Positions 17,640-25,254 of a DNA stretch of 34,490 nt are shown here, piece by piece. How positions within the stretch are numbered: position 1 is the stretch's first letter; each line of letters starts with the position of its first letter. Both the position numbers and the translations under genes were made by a program. The DNA is from an uncultured Caldisericota bacterium (GTDB lineage: Bacteria; Caldisericota; Caldisericia; Cryosericales; Cryosericaceae), in assembly GCA_964426505.1 (NCBI GenBank), contig CAYRQW010000001.1, positions 1 through 34,490 of the forward strand. Direction: 5' to 3'. Under the pieces are notes generated by a model. The model did not search any database and had not been told where the DNA came from. It saw nothing but the letters and a program-made list of their open reading frames with translations.

Positions 17640-18860
17640 TCAGCGATGGCGTTCTTCTCGATTGTTCAGGAAATCGTACGGGTTCTCGAGGAAGTCGTCC
17701 AGCACGACGGTCATTGCTCCAAGAAGGGTACTGTTTTCGGACAGGGAAGACAGCGTTATGGAGACTTGATCAGCAACATGATAGAAGCAACGTTCGGCGA
17801 TGATGCGCTTCATGGGCTCCAGAATCGGGGCACCAAGAGCCCCCACCTGGCCCGTGACGATGATTCGCTGAGGAGCAAGCAGGTTCACCAGATTGACAAT
17901 GGCATATCCGACGAGCTCACCCTTCTCTTTCAGGACCCCCAGTATCCTGGCATTCCCCTCGGCGGCCAGTCGCTGAAGCTCCGCAAACGACAACTCGCGA
18001 CCAGCCTCAGCGGACGCATCTTCAAGAATGCCACGCAGACCCGCATACAGCTCGACGCACCCACGGTTTCCGCAGTCACACCACTTCCCATGACGGCGAT
18101 CGACCGACGTGTGGCCGATTTCGCCCGAGACTCCGAAATTGCCCGTATACAGACGCCCCCCCACGATGATACCGGCACCGATACCATAACCGAGGTGCAC
18201 AAGGACGAAATCCGAAGTGTCCCGACCCTGACCAAAAAACTTCTCCGCTACGGCTTCCGCATTTGCGTCATTGATGACGAACGTCGGAAGACCGAAGCGT
18301 GCCTGCAGGAGCTGCCGGGCCTGAAAGTCACGGATCGACGGAAAGTTCGGAACACTTATGACCACGCCCGCCTCAGAATTGATGAGGCCTGGCGCGGAGA
18401 AACCCAGCCCGATGACCTTGATGCCACGATGACGGTTCAGCAGTTCCTGCACAGCCTCGAGGACACTCTCGAACTCTGTCTTGATCGAGCCTCTGGAGTC
18501 GATGGTGCGTTCAGTGAGGTCAAGAATGCCACCACCCAGGTCCATGAGCGCCGTCCGAACATGCGCCCACGAAAAATCGATGGCTACTATGTAGCGCGAC
18601 CTGCCGTTGAAATGCAGCACGACCGGCTTGCGTCCTACGCCTGTACTTGCTCCCGGCGATTCGGTCACGACACCCTGCGCGACCAGAAAGGAAACGATGC
18701 GTGAGACCGTCGGAGCCGTCAGACCAGTGAGTCGGACCAGGTCGGCCCGCGAAATGTCGTTCGTTTCATGAACGGTTCGCAGAATACTGGACGTGTTCTC
18801 TGCCTTGATACTCGTCTGGTTCTTGCCAACGTGCTTGCTTCCCCTGGACTTCATGGCCAT
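17640..18860 (-). CDS. ROK-family transcriptional repressor (XylR/NagC-like)
   Basis: N-terminal HTH ISRADLVRLTGLTAPTVSRIV, GRKP, NDAN, GEIGH, CDCGNRGCVE; GAGGAG SD. Confidence 0.92.
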   Translation of the reverse strand: MAMKSRGSKHVGKNQTSIKAENTSSILRTVHETNDISRADLVRLTGLTAPTVSRIVSFLVAQGVVTESPGASTGVGRKPVVLHFNGRSRYIVAIDFSWAHVRTALMDLGGGILDLTERTIDSRGSIKTEFESVLEAVQELLNRHRGIKVIGLGFSAPGLINSEAGVVISVPNFPSIRDFQARQLLQARFGLPTFVINDANAEAVAEKFFGQGRDTSDFVLVHLGYGIGAGIIVGGRLYTGNFGVSGEIGHTSVDRRHGKWCDCGNRGCVELYAGLRGILEDASAEAGRELSFAELQRLAAEGNARILGVLKEKGELVGYAIVNLVNLLAPQRIIVTGQVGALGAPILEPMKRIIAERCFYHVADQVSITLSSLSENSTLLGAMTVVLDDFLENPYDFLNNREERHR

Positions 18861-19359
18861 GACATCTCCTCGTTGCAGGGATATGCGCCGACCTCTACCA
18901 GAAAGAAGTATAGCGGAATTGGTGCACGAGTCCTGTTGTCCCGTGGAGTCATCTCACTCCACCGGAGACTTCCGTTGTCGTGTGGCGACAAGTCTGTCCT
19001 GAGCGACAAGTAGCGGCCGTGACGCTCACATGCAAAGCAAGTCAGTCGTTCGTCAACTTGACTCGATCGTCAGGAACCAGCCATATACCGCACTTTTCGG
19101 GGAACGCCTGTGATGTTCATTGCCAGCCTTCGAGTGCCACCGATAGCCGTCTCATCGAACAGGACCCCCATCGAATCGGTGGCCCCCGGGTTGGCTCTGA
19201 CGGCTGACTCCTATGTGTATCTTGCGCCCTCGTCAGTATCCAGAGTCTTGTTCACAAACACGGAGGTTCCACGCAGACAGGCGCCGTCTTCTGCCTCTCA
19301 GTCTGGCTCGACACACCCGACGCGTGTCACCAAGCGACTTGTGCAAACCGCACTCACGC

Positions 19360-19387
19360 TTGTAAGCATGGCGAATCAACGTACAAT
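19360..19387 (+). promoter_or_regulatory. pheST operon promoter (TTGTAA-16-TACAAT)
   Basis: Hexamers at 19360-19365 and 19382-19387, 43 nt upstream of ATG 19431. Confidence 0.6.
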
Positions 19388-19430
19388 TCATATGATAATT
19401 GCCAGATTGACACTGAACGAGGAGCAGCAA

Positions 19431-20435
19431 ATGCCAAGCACGATAGACGAAATCCGTACAGCCCTGGAGACGAGACTGACTGCCGCTCGCAATACTCAGG
19501 ACGTTCGAGAAGCACAGATCGAGTACCTGGGAAAGAGAGGCGCAGTCACGACATTGCTCAAGCAGATATCGGGTGTGGCCGAAGACCAGCGCAGACAGTA
19601 TGGCGAACAGGTCAATGCACTCAAACAATGGGCAGTGCAAGCCTTCGAGCAGAGACTGTCCGACCTGTCTTCAATGACGCACATGTATGACATCGACTTC
19701 TCCCTGCCAGGGCAGCTCATGTCCGACGGCAAGAGACATATCCTCAGCCAAGTGGAAGAGGAGGTCGAGTCCGTCTTCCTTTCCATGGGATTCGACATAG
19801 AGGAGGGTCCTGAGGTCGAGCAGGAATACTACAACTTCGAGGCACTCAACATCCCAGCGGACCACCCCGCACGTGACATGCAGGATACGTTCTACCTGGC
19901 GCCCGGGATGCTCTTGCGTACACATACGTCGCCCATTCAGGTTCGCACAATGAAGCGGCAGAACCCGCCGATACGAATGGTCGCCACAGGCCGATGCTAT
20001 CGCCGCGACGCGGTGGATGCAAGCCATACTCCAGTGTTCACGCAGGTTGAGGGCCTCGTCATCGACAAGGGCGTTACGTTCGCAGATCTGAAGGGAGTGC
20101 TGCAGGAATTCGTGAAAGGAGTCTTCGGCTCATCCACCAACGTCAAGCTCCTTCCTTCATTCTTCCCGTTTGTTGAACCGGGTGCTGAGACAGCGATCTC
20201 GTGTCCCATCTGCAGAGGCAAGGGCTGTCCGACCTGCAAGAACTCCGGATGGATCGAGATGGGCGGCTCAGGAATGGTCCATCAGAACGTACTGCGCGAG
20301 GTCGGATACGATACCAGCGTCTACCAGGGATTTGCGTTTGGGTGGGGCATCGAGCGTATAGCCATGATCAAATATGGCATTCGCGACATTCGCATGTTCT
20401 ACGACAACGACCTGGACTTCCTGCGTCAGTTCTGA
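19431..20435 (+). CDS. pheS: Phenylalanine--tRNA ligase alpha subunit
   Basis: YLGKRG, NFEALN, HPARDMQDTFY, LRTHTS, FFPFVEP, GFAFGWGIERIAM and a CxxC..CxxC zinc insert. GAGGAG SD before ATG 19431; the ORF-track extension to 19110 is not supported. Confidence 0.97.
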   Translation: MPSTIDEIRTALETRLTAARNTQDVREAQIEYLGKRGAVTTLLKQISGVAEDQRRQYGEQVNALKQWAVQAFEQRLSDLSSMTHMYDIDFSLPGQLMSDGKRHILSQVEEEVESVFLSMGFDIEEGPEVEQEYYNFEALNIPADHPARDMQDTFYLAPGMLLRTHTSPIQVRTMKRQNPPIRMVATGRCYRRDAVDASHTPVFTQVEGLVIDKGVTFADLKGVLQEFVKGVFGSSTNVKLLPSFFPFVEPGAETAISCPICRGKGCPTCKNSGWIEMGGSGMVHQNVLREVGYDTSVYQGFAFGWGIERIAMIKYGIRDIRMFYDNDLDFLRQF

Positions 20436-20444
20436 GGTGACTGG

Positions 20445-22874
20445 ATGAGAATCAAGCTTTCCGCACTGCGTGCCGCGATCGATTTTGACTACACTTCCGA
20501 GGAATTGGTGACAGTGCTGGGCAACATCGGCATCGAGGTCGAATCCACCGAGAGAACTGAAGTCACCTTCAAGGACGTCTTCGTCGCACGGGTCATTCAT
20601 ACTGCGCCGCACCCGACACAAGACAGGCTTCAGGTCATAGGCCTCGACCTGGGTCCACGTGGGATCACAAGCGTATGCACGGCTGCCAAAAACGTCCGTG
20701 AAGACGACATCGTGCCCGTGGTGATTCCAGGTGGCAGAACCGCCGATGGCATGGATATCACGTCACGGACGTTTGGCACCGTAGAGTCACTCGGCATGCT
20801 CTGTTCGTGGAAAGAACTGGGCCTCGACGGAGATCTCCTGTCGTCTGAAGAGAAGGACGGTATCCTGCATCTGGGGTCGGGAGCGATTGTCGGGAGCCTC
20901 TTCGAGGAAGCCTGGCCGGTGGCAGACACCGCCTTCGAAATAGGTGTCACGCCTGACCGGGGCGACGCCCTTTCAGTTCTCGGATTGGCCCGGTGGGTAG
21001 AAGTGCTGAAGGCGAGAGAGGCGAACCGGCCCTTCGACATGGATGACATAAAGCTGCCCCTGCCCTCAGTCCTTCCGCACGCTCGGAATGACGGTGACCT
21101 GGTTGTGACCGTAGAGGATGCGGATCTGTGCAGTACCTACATAGGTGTCCTGGTGCAGGACATCGTCGCCGGCCAGTCGAGTCATGCTTTCCGGACTCAG
21201 CTTTATCAGCTGTGTGTGCGCCCTGTCAGTCGCATTGTCGACATGACCAATCTCTGCCTGAAACAGTACGGACAGCCGACTCACGCCTTCGACTACGACC
21301 GCGTTCAAGACCACCACATCATCGTACGGAAGTCCTTGCCTGGCGAAACCATTGTCACCCTGGACGGCGTATTGCGCACTCCTGAACCCGGTACGCTCAT
21401 CATTGCAGACACTGCCGGTCCAATAGCTATCGCCGGAGTCATGGGAGGACAGTCTTCCAGCGTTACGGCCGCGACAACGCGCGTCGTATTTGAGATAGCA
21501 CACTTTGACCCGCGAGCCGTCGCACGAGCGAGCAGGCATCTCAACATCAGGACTGACGCCGCGTATCTCTATGAACGCGGTACCGATCCAGGGCTCACTG
21601 TCGGTGCCGTCCCTTCGGTTCTTACGGCGCTCGCCCGTGAACAGTGTTTTGGCTCTTACGTGTCACGTCTGGCTTGTGCTGGGGTCCCTGTTCCTGCAAA
21701 GTCACCACTGAAACTCGATCTGGATCGGCTGAATGGGTATCTGGGTTCGAGCCTCGACCCGTTGGACATACAACGGCTCTTTGGCTACGAAGGCATCAGG
21801 TCGTCGATCGCAGGAGCAACGATGTCAGTGACCCCACCGTCGTTCCGCGGCGATCTGACATCCTGGCCCGAGTACGTTGAGGAGATTGTCAGAATGGAGG
21901 GCTATGACGAGTTTCCCTCCCACTCCCCAAGCCTGGTCCTGCGCCGCGGTTCGGAGTCTCGTCTCAAGACGCTGTGCAAACAGCTGCGTCAGCTGCTCGT
22001 CGGAATCGGACTTGTCGAGTCACGCACCGTCAGCTTCGTGCGTGAGAGCACGGTGTCGGCGATGGGACTGCCTCCAGCGCCTCTCCTGCTCAACCCGCTC
22101 ACCGTCGACTGGGATGCCCTGCGCCCCACCATGGTCGTCGGCCTTGCCGGAGCCGCAGTACGGAACCTGTCGCGAGGCCGCGAAGGCTTTGCCTCCTTTG
22201 AGATAGGCAAGACGTTCAGTACCTCAAACCGGTCCTTCGAAGAGGAAACGAAGGTCGGGGTTCTTCTCGTGGGGAAGTGGCAGGACGCCAACTGGACGAC
22301 GCCCGCTGCCGCTGCCAGCGTCTTCGTGTTGAAGGGCATCATCGAGTCTGTTCTTCGTGCTCTGCATGTGCCATGCAATGTCGCGCCATCCACCAGTGTC
22401 CTCCTGGAAAACGGTGCTGGTGCTCTGGTTTCCTCGGATACCACAGCACTCGGCACACTCGGCATTCTTAACCACGAAGTGGGCGTCCTGCTTGGCCTGG
22501 ATCGGGAGGCCTTCTACGCTGAGTTCAGTGTCGATGCATTGCTCAAGAACATCCCGACCATAAGCTTCAAGGAGTTCTCCAGGTTCCCGTCAGTCCGCCG
22601 TGACATTGCTGTCCTTGTAGACAGCGGCATACCGGCAGGCCAATTGCAGGCAATCGTCGCTGAACAAGGGGGGGTCCTTCTGAAAGCAGTTGTCGTATTC
22701 GACAGTTTCCAGGGGGGCAGTCTGCCGACAGGCAAGAAGAGCGTGGGCTTCTCGATGGAGTTTGCCTCACCCGACCGAACGCTATTGGGCGAGGAAGTCG
22801 ATGTCCTTGTCAGTTCCGTCGAGACCGCCCTCGCAACTCGTGTAGGGGGTATACTACGAAGAACCCTGGTATAG
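20445..22874 (+). CDS. pheT: Phenylalanine--tRNA ligase beta subunit
   Basis: OB tRNA-binding domain (S.GMLCS), TPDRGDALS, GQPTHAFD, IAGVMGG, PSFRGDL and FDX-ACB (FPSVRRDIA, KKSV). Confidence 0.97.
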   Translation: MRIKLSALRAAIDFDYTSEELVTVLGNIGIEVESTERTEVTFKDVFVARVIHTAPHPTQDRLQVIGLDLGPRGITSVCTAAKNVREDDIVPVVIPGGRTADGMDITSRTFGTVESLGMLCSWKELGLDGDLLSSEEKDGILHLGSGAIVGSLFEEAWPVADTAFEIGVTPDRGDALSVLGLARWVEVLKAREANRPFDMDDIKLPLPSVLPHARNDGDLVVTVEDADLCSTYIGVLVQDIVAGQSSHAFRTQLYQLCVRPVSRIVDMTNLCLKQYGQPTHAFDYDRVQDHHIIVRKSLPGETIVTLDGVLRTPEPGTLIIADTAGPIAIAGVMGGQSSSVTAATTRVVFEIAHFDPRAVARASRHLNIRTDAAYLYERGTDPGLTVGAVPSVLTALAREQCFGSYVSRLACAGVPVPAKSPLKLDLDRLNGYLGSSLDPLDIQRLFGYEGIRSSIAGATMSVTPPSFRGDLTSWPEYVEEIVRMEGYDEFPSHSPSLVLRRGSESRLKTLCKQLRQLLVGIGLVESRTVSFVRESTVSAMGLPPAPLLLNPLTVDWDALRPTMVVGLAGAAVRNLSRGREGFASFEIGKTFSTSNRSFEEETKVGVLLVGKWQDANWTTPAAAASVFVLKGIIESVLRALHVPCNVAPSTSVLLENGAGALVSSDTTALGTLGILNHEVGVLLGLDREAFYAEFSVDALLKNIPTISFKEFSRFPSVRRDIAVLVDSGIPAGQLQAIVAEQGGVLLKAVVVFDSFQGGSLPTGKKSVGFSMEFASPDRTLLGEEVDVLVSSVETALATRVGGILRRTLV

Positions 22875-25243
22875 AGGCTCAGCAGGCGTTTCGCGCGTAC
22901 ACATATGGCAAGGTCGGCTTCGACCGCATCCAGGAGACTCTGGCATCGCATGCCGAGTCGGTTCTGGGTGCCGAAGAAGCGCGTGGACTCGTTCCGCTCG
23001 ACAGTATAGACGCCATCAGGGCGGCCCAGGCCGAGACCGATGAAGCGTCTTCGTACCTCGAGAGATTTGGCGATCTGACGCTCAGCAATCTCCTCGACGT
23101 GAGGGCCGAACTGGACAAGGCCAAGGTTCGCCTCCAGCTCGCCGGTCAGGAAGTGTGGAGAGTCTGTGTCGTCCTGAATGAGTTGTCGCGGGTGCGAAAA
23201 GCCTTCGTGACAATCAAGGACCTCTATCCCGCGCTGTTCAGCGTTTCTCAGGACGTTAAGCCATTTTCCTCTCTGGCACAGGAGATTGAGCGCTGTGTCA
23301 ATCAGGATGGCGACATCCTCGACGATGCATCGATCAACATCGCAGCCATTCGTCGTGAGAAGATCGAGTTGCAGAAGACGATCAACAAGGTACTGCAGGA
23401 CATTCTCGGTAGCGAGACCTATGGCCGTGCCGTTCAAGACCGCATCGTTACGATGCGAAACGACCGGTACGTGATCCCGGTGAAACGAGAGTTCAAGGAT
23501 GCAATTCAGTCGGTTGTCCACGACCAGTCCGACAGTGGCATGACCTTGTTTGTCGAACCCACGCGAGTGATCGACCTCAACAATCGGCTGCAGATCTTGC
23601 AGTCCGATGAGAAGAAGGAGATATCGCGTATTCTCCTCTACCTTACAGACCTCATCGCGAAGGCCGCCCCAGACGTGGAGAAATCGCTGAACGTGGCGGG
23701 TCACCTCGACTTCACTCTGGCCAAGGGACGCCTGGCCAGGTCCTGGAGCGGTGTCAAGCCATCTGTAAGCCCCAACCTGGAGACCAGCTTGCGCAACGTT
23801 CGCAATCCATTCGTCGCGGACTGCGTTCCGATCTCGTTCTCCATTGGCAAGGACTACTTCATGGTAGTCATAACTGGCCCAAACACGGGAGGCAAGACTG
23901 TTGCACTGAAGACTCTCGGCCTTACAGTCCTGATGAGCAAGGCTGGGCTGTTCATCCCAGCTTCGGATGGATGCACAGTAGGCCTCTATGACGAGGTTTT
24001 CGTGGACATCGGCGATGAGCAGAGTATCGAACAGAGTCTGTCGACTTTCTCAGCGCATACATCCAACATCGTCCGCATCCTGGCACAGGCGACGCGCTAC
24101 TCCCTTGTTCTACTGGATGAACTTGGTGTTGGCACTGACCCCGAAGAGGGCTCAGCGATTGCCACCGGCATCGTTGACTTCCTGTATCAGAAGCGAGTGA
24201 CGACGGTCATCACAACACACTACAGCAGTTTGAAGCTGCTTGCCTACCGTTATGACCAGGTTCGAAACGCATCAGTCGGATTCAATGTCGAGACTCTCCA
24301 ACCCACCTACGAGCTCATCCTTGGTTCGCCAGGCGACAGCCACGCATTCACCATCTGTGAGAGACTGGGGCTGCCTGAAGCCGTGCTCGCGCTCGCGCAC
24401 GACGAACTGAGCAACGAGCACAAGGCAACCACCGAGCTGATGAGCCGCATCGTGACTGATTCCCAGGAGATCAACCAGACCAAGGAAACCATGAATGTCA
24501 ACCAGCAGGAACTCGAGAAGCTTCGCGATGACTATGAGGAGAAACTTGCGCTGCTCGAGGCAAACGAAAAACAGGAGCTCAAGACAGCCCATGCCGAAGC
24601 CCAGCGCATCGTCGACGATGTCAGCAGACGCATGGACGATCTGATGAAGCAGTACCAGGAGAGCCTGAAAAACCAGCCGCAGGCCGCCCGCGATGCCAAG
24701 CGGGAGGTCGAAGCCACGCGCGAAGAGCTGGTCCAGAAAGCGGAACCATATGAAGAAAAGCCTCCGTTCACACCAGTCGAGGAGATCCTGCCGGGGGATC
24801 TGGTCATCATTACGTCGGTCAACAAGCAGGCCATCGTCATCGACGTCATGAAAGAGAAACGCAAACTCGTCCTTCAGTCGGGTTCCATGCGCACGACGGT
24901 GCCTGAAGCTCAAGTACGCAAGCTGTCCGAACCTGAGCTCAACTCGTATCAGAACCGTGCCATGCAGTACAGCGGAGCACATGAACCGACGCTGCCGTTC
25001 GTTCCCATGAAGATCGACCTGCATGGGAGCCGGGTCGACGAGGCGCTCGAGAAACTCGACAAATACATCGATGTAGCCTATCTGTCAGGCCTTTCATTTG
25101 TCTACATCTGCCACGGCAAGGGTTCGGGCATCCTGCGAAAGCAGATCCATGAATTCCTCAAGACCTTGCCAAGTATTGATCACTTCAGCTTTTCGAGCCC
25201 CGAAGAGGGTGGCGATGGGGTGACAATTGCCTACTTCAAGTAG
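22871..25243 (+). CDS. mutS2: MutS2 (Smr-domain ATPase, ribosome-collision factor); start uncertain (ACG 22856, ATA 22871 or lost GTG at 22886)
   Basis: RYVIPVK, HDQSDSG.T.FVEP, Walker A GPNTGGKT, DIGDEQSIEQSLSTFS, LLDELG, TTHY, KOW-like segment and Smr IDLHG...HGKGSG. The MutS2-like N-terminus (FDRI..LASHAES.LG.E) lies in frame upstream of the ORF-track GTG 23099. Confidence 0.92.
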   Translation: MEAQQAFRAYTYGKVGFDRIQETLASHAESVLGAEEARGLVPLDSIDAIRAAQAETDEASSYLERFGDLTLSNLLDVRAELDKAKVRLQLAGQEVWRVCVVLNELSRVRKAFVTIKDLYPALFSVSQDVKPFSSLAQEIERCVNQDGDILDDASINIAAIRREKIELQKTINKVLQDILGSETYGRAVQDRIVTMRNDRYVIPVKREFKDAIQSVVHDQSDSGMTLFVEPTRVIDLNNRLQILQSDEKKEISRILLYLTDLIAKAAPDVEKSLNVAGHLDFTLAKGRLARSWSGVKPSVSPNLETSLRNVRNPFVADCVPISFSIGKDYFMVVITGPNTGGKTVALKTLGLTVLMSKAGLFIPASDGCTVGLYDEVFVDIGDEQSIEQSLSTFSAHTSNIVRILAQATRYSLVLLDELGVGTDPEEGSAIATGIVDFLYQKRVTTVITTHYSSLKLLAYRYDQVRNASVGFNVETLQPTYELILGSPGDSHAFTICERLGLPEAVLALAHDELSNEHKATTELMSRIVTDSQEINQTKETMNVNQQELEKLRDDYEEKLALLEANEKQELKTAHAEAQRIVDDVSRRMDDLMKQYQESLKNQPQAARDAKREVEATREELVQKAEPYEEKPPFTPVEEILPGDLVIITSVNKQAIVIDVMKEKRKLVLQSGSMRTTVPEAQVRKLSEPELNSYQNRAMQYSGAHEPTLPFVPMKIDLHGSRVDEALEKLDKYIDVAYLSGLSFVYICHGKGSGILRKQIHEFLKTLPSIDHFSFSSPEEGGDGVTIAYFK

Positions 25244-25254
25244 AAAGGAATCAC

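Noticed and set aside
17601-18704. 367-aa plus-strand ORF
   Set aside because: Antisense shadow of the ROK repressor with no motifs.
22931-22942. CTG at 22940 after AGGAG as the mutS2 start
   Set aside because: The SD spacing is only 3 nt, and this start would remove the conserved FDRI segment.
22514-23704. 396-aa minus-strand ORF
   Set aside because: Antisense shadow of pheT and mutS2.
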